Assembly: GCA_045542335.1 (NCBI GenBank)
Contig: JAZQKV010000086.1
Location: 69,348-133,347 of the forward strand
DNA length: 64,000 bases
Source: Eubacteriales bacterium
GTDB lineage: Bacteria > Bacillota > Clostridia > Oscillospirales > CAG-382
Direction of reading: 5' to 3'
Both the position numbers and the translations under genes were made by a program. The first letter of the stretch is position 1. The number at the start of each line of letters is the position of its first letter. Positions 9,939 to 19,746 of the stretch are shown piece after piece. The notes below the pieces were generated by a model, which worked only from the letters and a program-made list of their open reading frames with translations, searched no databases and was not told where the DNA came from.

Positions 9939-10841
9939 ATGTCATCCCCATTTACAAGCGAGCTTGTCATTCCGCATGAGCTTGACAGAAAAAGCATAAA
10001 GGACATACTGTACGGTCATTTTGCCCTTTCGACAAATGCGGTAAAGGGACTTAAGTACAATGGTAAAATTCTGCTTGACGGAAAAGAAGTGACGGTACGT
10101 GAAAACGTTTCTGCGCATCAACATCTTACTCTTGTATTTCCTCAGAGCACGTCTGAAAGTATTGTTCCCGTAGACCTTCCCACCAAGGTGCTTTACGAGG
10201 ACGAGCATCTTCTTGCCGTCAACAAGCCTTTCGGTATGCCGACGCATCCGAGCCACGGTCACCGCACAGACACCCTCGCAAATGCGGTCATGTACAAATA
10301 CGGCGGAAACTTTGTGTTTCGTCCTATAACCCGCCTTGATATTGACACAACGGGTGTAGTTCTTATTGCGAAGAACGCCGTTGTGTGTCACAAGCTATGC
10401 TCTGCTCTTGCCGACAATGCAGACGAGGGGCTAATCAGAAAAACCTATCTTGCACTTTGCACCGCAGTCCCAAAAGAAAAAAGAGGAACAATTGATGCAC
10501 CAATCGGGCGACTTTTCGGAAGTGTGCTCAAGCGTTGTGTCAGGGAAGACGGTCAAAGGTCTGTGACAAACTACGAAGTACTTGAACAGAGTGAAGGGAG
10601 ATGTCTTGTGAAAGCAATGCCCTTAACAGGACGAACCCATCAGATTCGTGTCCACATGGCGTACATTGGCTGTCCGCTTGTGGGAGACTATCTTTACGGA
10701 ACTGAAATTGCAGGCACACGCACCATGCTTCATTGCGAAAGCGTTGAATTTTTGCACCCCATATCAAGACAAAATCTTTGTATAAAAGCTCCCATGCCGG
10801 AGGATATGTGTAGCATAATAAAGAATGACGGAGTAATCTGA
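9939..10841 (+). CDS. RluA/RluD-family pseudouridine synthase
   Basis: VNKP.GMP.HP, RLDIDTTG catalytic Asp, TGRTHQIRVH, GD.LYG, LHC; AAGGAG RBS. Confidence 0.92.
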   Translation: MSSPFTSELVIPHELDRKSIKDILYGHFALSTNAVKGLKYNGKILLDGKEVTVRENVSAHQHLTLVFPQSTSESIVPVDLPTKVLYEDEHLLAVNKPFGMPTHPSHGHRTDTLANAVMYKYGGNFVFRPITRLDIDTTGVVLIAKNAVVCHKLCSALADNADEGLIRKTYLALCTAVPKEKRGTIDAPIGRLFGSVLKRCVREDGQRSVTNYEVLEQSEGRCLVKAMPLTGRTHQIRVHMAYIGCPLVGDYLYGTEIAGTRTMLHCESVEFLHPISRQNLCIKAPMPEDMCSIIKNDGVI

Positions 10842-10851
10842 TTACCCCGTC
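10827..10851. terminator. Hairpin terminator overlapping RluA stop
   Basis: GACGGAGTAATC-T-GATTACCCCGTC. Confidence 0.55.
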
Positions 10852-10957
10852 GTTTCTGTTATATCCTTATTCCAATGCATTTGCCATCCGGACTACTTCA
10901 ATATTCCGGCACGCTGCCGCACTTCCGTTATTCTTTTGTTAAAAGCTTAAAAAGCAC

Positions 10958-13900
10958 TTATTCCGTTGCTCCTGCATAAGATTTGAGGGTTATCGCCTGT
11001 GCGGATTCGTAGTTTGCAAACACTCCCCATGCGGCGATGTCAAAATATGCATCCTCCAGAAGCTCTCCGTTTGCATAGAAATCCGAGCCTTTGCCTACGT
11101 TTTCAAAGAAGAAAATCTGTATTTGCGTAGCATTTGCATAAGCGGAGTTTACGCTTGTTGCAGGAATGATTATTTCCTCCCAGCTTCCGCTTGCGACAGT
11201 CTTTTCTCGTGAGTAAAGGTACATATGACCGCCGGGCACACCCTTTCCTTCGCTGTCAGTAATATTATAAACGTTGAGATGAACAGTGTTACTGTGGTTT
11301 GTGCGATAGAGAATCTTGAAGAATACCGCTCCGTCGGAAAGAGGAATTGCAGGCTTAAGACCATAGCAATCAAGCACCATGCTCTTGTCAATATTACGCG
11401 GCTTTATGGAAACGTACGAAAAGCCATCGATGGGGTCAACCAATTTCGTTGTTGCACAGGCATCTCCCACTTTGGAATAAAGGTTGGAGTGCTTCGCAAG
11501 CTTTACAAAGTAGGGCTCAAGTATCTCGGGAGGTCTTTCCTCAAAGAGGGACATATCATCCTCGACAAGGGGGTACTCAGCGTTGTCGATGACACTCGTA
11601 TTGTAATCAAAGGCATAGTCGGAAATATGCGGTACAATGTAAACCTTTGCGTTTTTGTCGCATACAAGCTCCTTTATACTTGCCTCGGATGAAAGTCCGG
11701 AATATGCATCATATCCTGCTCCGACACCGTATTTGAACAGCTTGTTCCTGTAGCCCTGTATATAGGTGTTTCCGTCCATAACAGGTGCACCGTACTCGGT
11801 GCTGTTGGTCGTTACTGCAAAAAGCTCATAAACACTTCTGTCAAATACATTATTTGTAATTCTTACGTTTTCAAAGTTATTTGCACTTCCCGCTCTGATA
11901 TGACGCTGCACGTTTTTATCCGGACGTGTCGAGCCAAAGCCAAAGCCTGCACGACGAAGGAGGTTTGAGTCTATAAGATGGTTCTCACCGGCACGAAGTC
12001 CGTCTGTCTCATTTCCTGCATCGAGAAAATACTCGATCGAGTAAACACAGTCGGTTATAACGTTGTTGGTGTAAGAAATGTCGTCCATTCTGACCTCACC
12101 CTTGCCGCCTGAGAACTGGTGTGTAACACCTGCATCGTAGCACTGATAAATGTAGCAATTGTCAACGGTATATCCGTCACATCCGCCATATATTTCAATG
12201 CCGTTGCCATAGCGTATCGCCACGCCCTTTGCTCTGCCGTAATCCTGTACCGAACCTCCTATCCAGCCGATTTCGCAATTACTTATTTTAAGGTTGCTGA
12301 TGGTATTTCCGGCAATGCCGTGTGCACCGCCGTACACAATACAAAGGTTGTCAATAGTAATATCCGAGCCTCTGAGCGTGATGATATGATCGTTTGATGC
12401 AAACTCAATTGACTCAAACACCTTGCCGGGATTTCCGTTGTCACATCTCAGATATACCGGTCCGACAGAGGATGGCGATATTGTATTGCCCGCCACAATG
12501 GAGTTTGCACCGTGGAAAAACTCAAGGTTTTTGTCAAGCTCCTCTGTATACACAAACTGTTTGGAATCGCTGCCGCTTACAATAAACTGCGACTTCTTTG
12601 ATGCAGGCACTTCACGCACCGCATAACCCTCTCCGCCATTGAAGATTATGCACCCGATATCCTTGATTTGTGTGTTGGAATACTTCCATATTTTTGCACC
12701 TGTCTGGTTGTCCATGTAGACAAGTGACCATTTTTCAGCGTCCGCACCGTCCTCCGGCGAGCCGTTTATCACAGGCTTGGGAGCGTTTGCGTCACCATAA
12801 GCGGAATATGTTATGCCCGTTCTTGCGGTAAATCTCTGACGGAACACATCGCCCCTTTTAAAGAGTACCGCATCCCCCTCCTTTGCAAGTGAGGTGGCTT
12901 TGTCAACAGTTTTCAGCGGCTCTTCGGGACTTGTACCGCTGTTGTCATCATCACCGTCAGCGGCAACATAATACTTCTGAGCATTGAAAACCTCGACGGA
13001 CTTTGTTCCTCTTATTTCCTCAATGCGACTCTTTTCAAGCGCATCAAGCTCCTCTATCTTTTGGTAAGCCTTGTCGTAGCCGAGCACATCATTTGCATCG
13101 ACCTTTTCCATAAGCTTTTCGACCGGGTCTTCAAGCACATTCATCCATGCACCTTCCCACACGGTATGAAGCACCGTTGACTCCGCTATATCCCCGAAAG
13201 CCCAGTGACCTCTGTCAACGTCCATAAAAAGGATGCTTATTGTTTTGGGAATATCCTCCGCTTTTTTTGACGTACCCCTCGCACGGTTGATGATTGTTAC
13301 CGCCTCGGCTCTTGAAACGGTTTTATCGGGAGCAAAAGTTCCGTCTGAATAACCGCCGATAAGTCCCGCGCTTGCCGCCGCCATAATTGCATCGTATTTT
13401 GTGTGGTTTTCGGGCACATCCGAAAACGTAGCTTTATTCTCCCCTTTTCCCCCGGCAGCAAGCCCTGTATTGTATACAAGCTCGGCGAACTCAGCTCTTG
13501 TTATTGCTTTTTCCGGCAGAAATTCTGCTTCTGTATAGGATTTAAGAAGTCCCTTTGAAGCACAATAGCCAATATACTTGTTGTACCACTTGTCGGCAGT
13601 AACATCGGAAAATGCGTGACTTATCTCTACCTCATCCGAAACCTCGCCGCCTTCAAGTATCCTTGCCACAATGGTACAAGCCTCTGCCCTTGTCATAGTA
13701 CCTGACGGACGGAAAGTGCCGTCGGTGTAGCCGTTCATATAAGGCTCGTGACGGTCGAAAGCAGGCTTTTCCTTTGAGAATATGATTTTGCCTATGTACA
13801 TAACCTCACCGTCGGGTCTTTCGGAAAGAGCGTATTTATTTCCAAAGGGCTCAAGGTGAAGCTGTTTCATATTGAAGCTTGTGGCTGTGTCGGAAATCTT

Positions 13901-14389
13901 GTCCTTTACACTTCTCACGTCAAAAACCGCATATGACCACTCGTTTGCCACAAGGTCATTTACTGACTGCTTATAGTAGCTTCCCGTAAGCACACCTCCC
14001 TGCATAATGCCGAGATTCATGGGGCAAACAAGAGGAGATGCACATTCATAGTAGTATTCAACCGCAATCCAGCCGTAGTATCTCAAATCAATGCCCGCAG
14101 AGGCGTAGTTCCAGCCATCTATTTTGACGTTGCTTGAACTGCTCTTGTTGTTTGATGTAACCTTGAGCACAGTACGCAAGTCAAAATCATAATTTGACAA
14201 AACGCCGGAATTTCCGCCGCCTACAATGCCACTATGATATTTGTAGTAATCCAGAGTGATAACTCCGCTGTCAGCATTTCCGGCTGTGACAGTTTCCTCA
14301 CCCGAAACATACAGTGCTAAGCACATCACGCACAGCACAAGGCTCAGTGCAAATGCTGCGATACGTTTTTTCAGATGTGTTTTCTTCAT
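10958..14389 (-). CDS. Secreted SLH-anchored protein with right-handed beta-helix (pectin-lyase-like) domain and two CBM-like beta-sandwich modules
   Basis: Signal peptide; three SLH repeats (GY.DGTF.P...TRAE); YYVAADGDDDNSG.SPEEP.KT, FKRGD, GNGIE..G, DAGVTHQ beta-helix motifs. Confidence 0.8.
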   Translation of the reverse strand: MKKTHLKKRIAAFALSLVLCVMCLALYVSGEETVTAGNADSGVITLDYYKYHSGIVGGGNSGVLSNYDFDLRTVLKVTSNNKSSSSNVKIDGWNYASAGIDLRYYGWIAVEYYYECASPLVCPMNLGIMQGGVLTGSYYKQSVNDLVANEWSYAVFDVRSVKDKISDTATSFNMKQLHLEPFGNKYALSERPDGEVMYIGKIIFSKEKPAFDRHEPYMNGYTDGTFRPSGTMTRAEACTIVARILEGGEVSDEVEISHAFSDVTADKWYNKYIGYCASKGLLKSYTEAEFLPEKAITRAEFAELVYNTGLAAGGKGENKATFSDVPENHTKYDAIMAAASAGLIGGYSDGTFAPDKTVSRAEAVTIINRARGTSKKAEDIPKTISILFMDVDRGHWAFGDIAESTVLHTVWEGAWMNVLEDPVEKLMEKVDANDVLGYDKAYQKIEELDALEKSRIEEIRGTKSVEVFNAQKYYVAADGDDDNSGTSPEEPLKTVDKATSLAKEGDAVLFKRGDVFRQRFTARTGITYSAYGDANAPKPVINGSPEDGADAEKWSLVYMDNQTGAKIWKYSNTQIKDIGCIIFNGGEGYAVREVPASKKSQFIVSGSDSKQFVYTEELDKNLEFFHGANSIVAGNTISPSSVGPVYLRCDNGNPGKVFESIEFASNDHIITLRGSDITIDNLCIVYGGAHGIAGNTISNLKISNCEIGWIGGSVQDYGRAKGVAIRYGNGIEIYGGCDGYTVDNCYIYQCYDAGVTHQFSGGKGEVRMDDISYTNNVITDCVYSIEYFLDAGNETDGLRAGENHLIDSNLLRRAGFGFGSTRPDKNVQRHIRAGSANNFENVRITNNVFDRSVYELFAVTTNSTEYGAPVMDGNTYIQGYRNKLFKYGVGAGYDAYSGLSSEASIKELVCDKNAKVYIVPHISDYAFDYNTSVIDNAEYPLVEDDMSLFEERPPEILEPYFVKLAKHSNLYSKVGDACATTKLVDPIDGFSYVSIKPRNIDKSMVLDCYGLKPAIPLSDGAVFFKILYRTNHSNTVHLNVYNITDSEGKGVPGGHMYLYSREKTVASGSWEEIIIPATSVNSAYANATQIQIFFFENVGKGSDFYANGELLEDAYFDIAAWGVFANYESAQAITLKSYAGATE

Positions 14390-14578
14390 ACTTATCTTCC
14401 CTTCAATAAGTGATATTTTTCAAATGCACAATACGCATAAATATACTATTTACACAATATTCTCATTTGTATATTGATATTTTACCACAATAGTTGTATA
14501 TTTTAAATGGTAATAATATTATTTTTAGTGACATTTTTTAATAATACTAAGTTTTCAAAGCAGGGGGGACAATGGTCA

Positions 14579-15376
14579 GTGTTTTATCAGAACAACAAAG
14601 AAGTATTATATGAAATAAACGTATGGATACAGAAAGCAATCGGAGCTTCCAGCCATCTGCACAATGCCTCGGAGTTTATATATGTATCGGATGGGCTTCT
14701 CAAAATAGAGTCCGGAAACAAGTCGCAGATAGTCTGCAAGGGTGAAATTGCAACAATAAGTGCCTGCACACCGCACACCTTACGTTCACTTGAAGACGGT
14801 AGATATATTGTTATGACAGTTCCCACGGACAAACTCGAAAAGCACATCTCCACTCTTTGTGAAAACACCTTTGAAAACCTCAAGATTTGTGATGTTCCCC
14901 AAAATATAATCGGAAATCTGTTTGAGATTATGATTTCCATGAGCAGTCTTGGTGAGGAATTCGGTGACATCGAAAAAAGCCACATGGCAAACCTCATAGT
15001 AAATATGATTGTGCCACGTTGCACCATTGCAAAGCGTCCGCACTCCCTTGACATAATAACAAACACCGTGAACTACATTATGGAAAACATATCGTACAGC
15101 AATCTCAGTGTCCGTGAAATTGCACGTTTCATGCATTGCAATCAGCAAAAGCTTTCCCTTGAATTTCGCTCTGTCATGCAAAAGAGCATTACAGAATACA
15201 TCACGCTTTTACGCCTTGAAAAGGCAAAAAAGCTTCTACTCTCCTCGCGGAAAATCACAGTTGAAAGCATCGCTCTCATGGTTGGCTTTAATTGTACACG
15301 GAATTTCCTGCGGTGCTATAAGAATCACTTTGGTTGTACCCCGACACAGACCAGAAATACGTCTGTCACGCCGTGA
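14579..15376 (+). CDS. AraC-family regulator with cupin sensor domain
   Basis: HLH...E..YV..G cupin; C-terminal RLEKAKKLL...IA..VGF...F...FG.TP; likely GTG start at 14579 after GGGGG RBS. Confidence 0.85.
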   Translation: MFYQNNKEVLYEINVWIQKAIGASSHLHNASEFIYVSDGLLKIESGNKSQIVCKGEIATISACTPHTLRSLEDGRYIVMTVPTDKLEKHISTLCENTFENLKICDVPQNIIGNLFEIMISMSSLGEEFGDIEKSHMANLIVNMIVPRCTIAKRPHSLDIITNTVNYIMENISYSNLSVREIARFMHCNQQKLSLEFRSVMQKSITEYITLLRLEKAKKLLLSSRKITVESIALMVGFNCTRNFLRCYKNHFGCTPTQTRNTSVTP

Positions 15377-15390
15377 AAGCATTGCCGCAT

Positions 15391-15467
15391 AAAAAATGAC
15401 GAAGAAGTATCGCAAGACACGCCTCAAGTACAGTACCGGAGGGGTATCAACGATAATTCTTCGTCTG
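15391..15467 (-). ncRNA. Candidate small RNA (single long hairpin, anti-SD loop, U-tail)
   Basis: 15-bp near-perfect stem 15398-15412/15451-15465, A6 (U6 on minus) at 15391-15396, SigA promoter immediately upstream on minus strand. Confidence 0.55.
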
Positions 15468-15472
15468 ACAGT

Positions 15473-15501
15473 AGTATACTTAATTCTCCCGAAAAAAGCA
15501 A
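15473..15501 (-). promoter_or_regulatory. SigA-type promoter for candidate sRNA
   Basis: Minus strand TTGCTT-17 bp-TATACT. Confidence 0.6.
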
Positions 15502-15552
15502 CAAACAAAATGCAAACAATTCTGAAGAACAGTTATCTGAACGTGAAAAGCA

Positions 15553-15584
15553 TGACACCCCTTTGTATATGCAAAAGGGTGTCA
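15553..15584. terminator. Terminator of GH2-GH43 operon
   Basis: TGACACCC(C)TTTG...CAAAAGGGTGTCA inverted repeat just past GH43 stop. Confidence 0.7.
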
Positions 15585-15605
15585 CTCTTTTTATTCGTTT
15601 TCCAC

Positions 15606-16490
15606 TTACCCCACAGTCACAGTGCCATCTGCATGGTATTCCACGGGACGGATTACAAATCTTTCGATTTCTTCCTCATTTTCGCCTTTTATAAAGCAAT
15701 GGAATGTAACGTAATCCTTTCCGTCAAGACCTTTGAAGCTATGGTTGTGACCTGCTCTGTGCCACAGCTCGTTTTCGGAAATAATGGGGTTTATGTCCGC
15801 CGCCTTTTTCCACGGACCATGAATGCTGTCGGAGGTGAGGACACCTGCGGCATAGCCGTTTGTCCAGCTTGAATACCATTGAAAATATATCCCATGACGT
15901 TTCACTATGCACTGTCCCTCAACGCCGATAGAGTCCCATTCTCCCTCATTTCCCTTATGGCAAACAACCTGTTCATCGGAAATATCGCAGGTATCAAGGT
16001 CAAAGCGGTAAAGCACCAGCTTATCTGTGCAGGTAAAACCAATATAAGCCGTTCCGTCATCATCAAGGAAAATGGTTGCATCGTTTCCGTGGTGAAGTGC
16101 CTTTTTAACATTAACTATTTCATAAGGACCTTCGGGTTTTCTTGCCCTTGCCACACCTACGGCATGACCGTAGGCATACCTTTCATCCTCATTGCGGCAG
16201 TTGAAGGTAAGGTAAAACCAGCCGTTTTTACCATCAAAAAGCTCCGGTGCCCAGAATCTGTCACGGCACCACATATCCTCGGGCATATCCTCTCTTTTAA
16301 GGATAAGTCCATGGTCGGTGAAGGTTTTAAGGTCCTTTGAGGACAAAAGTCTTACACCGTCATTTACGCCTTTCCAATAGGGTGGCTGAGTTCCCGTGAC
16401 ATAATATGTATCGCCCACAAGCATAACCATGGGGTCACGGATTGTTGTAAAATTTGCACTTTCGTCGGTAATGTAAACCTTGTTTTCCAT
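15606..16490 (-). CDS. Glycoside hydrolase family 43
   Basis: IRDP, FWAPE, PEGPY, DATIF.DDDG, VEG, GPW, AGHNH five-bladed propeller motifs. Confidence 0.85.
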   Translation of the reverse strand: MENKVYITDESANFTTIRDPMVMLVGDTYYVTGTQPPYWKGVNDGVRLLSSKDLKTFTDHGLILKREDMPEDMWCRDRFWAPELFDGKNGWFYLTFNCRNEDERYAYGHAVGVARARKPEGPYEIVNVKKALHHGNDATIFLDDDGTAYIGFTCTDKLVLYRFDLDTCDISDEQVVCHKGNEGEWDSIGVEGQCIVKRHGIYFQWYSSWTNGYAAGVLTSDSIHGPWKKAADINPIISENELWHRAGHNHSFKGLDGKDYVTFHCFIKGENEEEIERFVIRPVEYHADGTVTVG

Positions 16491-16522
16491 ATTATTACTC
16501 CCTTTCATGTCGCACAATGAGG

Positions 16523-18235
16523 TCAATCCTCAATGGCGGCTTTCTTTGTATTTATTTCTCTGATTACGCCAATGTCAATTTTGGGCTTACGGTCGTATGT
16601 GTAAAGGCCGTTCTGCTCCTGCTCGATGTCATAAAGCTGGGTGTAACAAAAGCCACAAATAAATGGATTGTCAAGAAGCGCATGGGTAAGACCACGGTAT
16701 CTCTCGTAAAACTCCTCTGCAGTCTTTGTGGCAACGCCGTAACTCCATGGATCTTCGCCGTGCTGACCAAGATTTGCCGAAAGACCTGTTCCGCCGTATT
16801 CACTTATGAAAATCGGCTGTCCCTGCCAACTCTGTGCCTTACTTCTGCGCTCGGTGTACACTCCGTCGGTTATTAAAGAAGCGTAGTGTTCCTTAAACTC
16901 CTCCGGGTCCTGACAGTAATCGTGTATGTCATAAATATCTGTCTTTACATGGACATATCCGCTTGTATCAATGCAGGGGCGTGTTTCGTCAAATGCTTTT
17001 GTAATATCATAAATATAAGCAAGGTTTCTAGCCTCCTGCCCCGCATTTCCACCATTAGTTTCGTTGTAAGGACACCACCCCACAATCGACGGATGATTAA
17101 AGTCGCGCTCCAACTCCTCCATCCATTCCGGCAGAATTGATGCAAAGCTCTCAAGGCTCTTGTCATTAAGTCCCCAGTTCGGATACTCTCCCCACACCAT
17201 ATATCCAAGTCTGTCGCAATGATAAATAAAGCGGGGCTCGAAAACCTTTTCATGCATTCTTGCGCCGTTAAAACCCGCCTCCATTGAAAGGATTATATCA
17301 CGGCAAAAAGTTTCGTCATTCTTTGCTGTATAAATTCCATCGGGGTAGTATCCCTGATCAAGCACAAGCCTTTGGAATACACTCTTTCCGTTAAGGAGAA
17401 ATTCCCACTTGCCGAGGCTTACACTTCTCATGCCGAAATAGCTTTTGACAACATCTTGTCCGAAAGTGATAACAAGGTCATAAAGCCTTCCGCAACCGAG
17501 TTCCCAAAGGTGAAGTTCTGAAAGTGCAAGCTCTGCATTAAAGCTGTCATGGCACTTTTTCTCCGTTCTTCCAACCGATTTTCCATCGTAAAAAGCTTCA
17601 ATAGTAACCAAGCCTTCGCCTTTTACCAAACCCTTTACAAGAAGTGACTGATTGTCAATATCGGGATAAACACGAAAAGAGTCAATATAATCTTCCGGCG
17701 TAAATTCAAGATACACTGTCTGCCAGATACCTGTTGTCCTTGTATAAAGACAACCAAAGGACTTATATCTGTCACTCTGCTTCCCCCTGCCCTGACTCTT
17801 TCCGTCCCTGCCGTTGTTGTCCCTTGCAAAAACCACAACGGTATTGCTTCCTGCCACAACAAGCTTCGTTATATCAAAAGCAAAGGGAGTGAAACCACCC
17901 TTGTGCGTTCCGGCGAGAATGCCGTTTATGTAAACCTCGCTCAAATAGTCAACTGCACCAAAGTGAATAAAAACTCTGCCATCAAGCTGTTTTTCGGTTA
18001 TTACAAAGCTGCGTCTGTACCAGACAGCGTTAAGAAAGTCCGTAAATCCGATCCCCGAAAGTTCGCTTTCAGGGCAAAATGGGACTTTTATCTTTTTATC
18101 GTAAACTCCGCCTTGCACCATTCCCCTTTCCTTGCCGCTTGCGGAAAAATCAAAAGCAAAATCCCATTCTCCGTTAAGATTCACCCAATTATCTCTCACA
18201 AATTGCGGATTGGGATGCTCTGATCTGAAAAACAT
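16523..18235 (-). CDS. Glycoside hydrolase family 2 (beta-galactosidase/glucuronidase-like)
   Basis: LNGEWDF, VPFCPESELSG, HFGAVDY, TGIWQTV, GFNGARMHEK, NHPSIVGW..YNE, ISEYGG, YTQLYDIEQE.NG. Confidence 0.9.
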   Translation of the reverse strand: MFFRSEHPNPQFVRDNWVNLNGEWDFAFDFSASGKERGMVQGGVYDKKIKVPFCPESELSGIGFTDFLNAVWYRRSFVITEKQLDGRVFIHFGAVDYLSEVYINGILAGTHKGGFTPFAFDITKLVVAGSNTVVVFARDNNGRDGKSQGRGKQSDRYKSFGCLYTRTTGIWQTVYLEFTPEDYIDSFRVYPDIDNQSLLVKGLVKGEGLVTIEAFYDGKSVGRTEKKCHDSFNAELALSELHLWELGCGRLYDLVITFGQDVVKSYFGMRSVSLGKWEFLLNGKSVFQRLVLDQGYYPDGIYTAKNDETFCRDIILSMEAGFNGARMHEKVFEPRFIYHCDRLGYMVWGEYPNWGLNDKSLESFASILPEWMEELERDFNHPSIVGWCPYNETNGGNAGQEARNLAYIYDITKAFDETRPCIDTSGYVHVKTDIYDIHDYCQDPEEFKEHYASLITDGVYTERRSKAQSWQGQPIFISEYGGTGLSANLGQHGEDPWSYGVATKTAEEFYERYRGLTHALLDNPFICGFCYTQLYDIEQEQNGLYTYDRKPKIDIGVIREINTKKAAIED

Positions 18236-18450
18236 TTATACTCCTCCCATAAGCAAAATTATTATACAAGTTCATTGTATCACAATATTCCCTTGGAGTA
18301 AATGCCAAATACTATTTTTTAATTGATATATTCTACTGTTAAAAATCGTATATTTTGATAAAAAAGTCGCATATATGGCATATTAGCTCTTGACACACTT
18401 GCTGTTTTCTGATATAATTCTGATATAATAAACATCAATGAGGGACAGAT

Positions 18451-19236
18451 ATGCTCAAAATAATAAAAACAAGACACTCATATCCCGAAAGCAAAGGGTT
18501 CTACATGAAGCGCCCCCTCGGGTGCGACGAATATGTGTTTCTGATGTTCCACACCTCAGTAGGCATTGTTCTCGACGGGAAAACCATCCGTACAAAGCCG
18601 TATGCCATGATAATTTACGACAAGCCAACACCTCAGTATTTTTTTGCCGAAAGCGACCTTGTTCACGATTGGATACACATCGACGGCGAGCTTTGCGCCC
18701 TTATGCAAGAGTGTGGGCTTGAATTTGACAAAATCTATTATCCGCTTAATCCTACAAGCGTCACCGAAACTGTTTACGCCCTCGAAACCGAGTTTCAGGC
18801 TGCCAAGAGATATAGCCGGGAGATAAGCGATAGCCTTCTTCGAACCATGCTTTACCGTGTTTCCCGTTCACTTCTTGACGGTGAACGGGATATTAACGAA
18901 AACAGTGACACAATCCGTCGCATCAGAGACTTCCGCACCGAAATGTTTTCCCATCCGGAGCGTCAATGGAATGTTGCTCAGATGGCATACTCGTCGGCAA
19001 TTTCCGAATCGCGTTTTTACGCTCTTTATAAAGATATTTTCGGGATTTCTCCCACCAAAGACCTTATCGGTGCGAGAATCGAACGGGCAAGGTTTTATCT
19101 TTCAACGGGAAAATATTCAGTCAGCGAAGTTGCAGCCCTCGTCGGATACAGCAATGTATTCCACTTTATACGGCAATATAAAGCTGAAACAGGCGTCACT
19201 CCGGGAAAAGCATCAAAGCTTAGTGAACGTGTGTGA
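18451..19236 (+). CDS. AraC-family regulator divergent from GH2-GH43
   Basis: C-terminal HTH RIERAR..L....SVSEVA..VGYSN.FHF.RQYK..TG.TP. Confidence 0.9.
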   Translation: MLKIIKTRHSYPESKGFYMKRPLGCDEYVFLMFHTSVGIVLDGKTIRTKPYAMIIYDKPTPQYFFAESDLVHDWIHIDGELCALMQECGLEFDKIYYPLNPTSVTETVYALETEFQAAKRYSREISDSLLRTMLYRVSRSLLDGERDINENSDTIRRIRDFRTEMFSHPERQWNVAQMAYSSAISESRFYALYKDIFGISPTKDLIGARIERARFYLSTGKYSVSEVAALVGYSNVFHFIRQYKAETGVTPGKASKLSERV

Positions 19237-19297
19237 AGTCTTTGCGTTTTTATTTGTCATTTCACACAATATATTTTTAAAGACACAATACAGAAAA

Positions 19298-19326
19298 AAA
19301 GCGACCATCATAACGATAGTCGCTTT
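19298..19326 (-). terminator. Terminator downstream of rpsU
   Basis: AAAGCGACCATC...GATAGTCGCTTT with A tract (U tract on minus). Confidence 0.7.
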
Positions 19327-19390
19327 CTTTGTTTTAATCTTAAGAGTGTCACATATGTGACCCAACAGTAAGACTTTTCCGGACAAGTTC

Positions 19391-19567
19391 TTACTTGAAC
19401 TTTCTCTTGCGAGCTGCCTCGGACTTCTTCTTACGCTTTACGCTGGGCTTTTCGTAGTGTTCTCTCTTGCGAAGCTCTGTGAGTACTCCGCTTCTTGCAC
19501 ACTGTCTCTTAAATCTGCGAAGTGCGCTGTCAAGGCTTTCATTGTCCTTAATCTTGATTTCTGCCAT
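19391..19567 (-). CDS. rpsU: 30S ribosomal protein S21
   Basis: [23 protein letters not shown]...[24 protein letters not shown]; GGAGGG RBS. Confidence 0.97.
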   Translation of the reverse strand: MAEIKIKDNESLDSALRRFKRQCARSGVLTELRKREHYEKPSVKRKKKSEAARKRKFK

Positions 19568-19746
19568 TATTTTCCCTCCCTCCGCGGTAGGCAAAGAGAT
19601 ATTTTCTACACTCTTGGTATTATACATCAAAAAGTATAATCTGTCAAGAGGAAATGCGAAAATATTCTGAAATTTAATGATTTTTTTATAATTTATCCGA
19701 CTTTTCCGGTGCTTTCACGAAAAAATATAGTTTTTTCGTGAAGCAT

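Noticed and set aside
2274-10885. Shared CAATGCATTTGCC at 2274 and 10873, and CCGCACTT(G)CCGTT at ~10917 and ~43366
   Set aside because: Only two short copies each, which is insufficient to call a dispersed repeat
15396-15872. 158-aa ORF on + strand
   Set aside because: It overlaps the sRNA candidate, a terminator and GH43 antisense, and has no protein-like motifs
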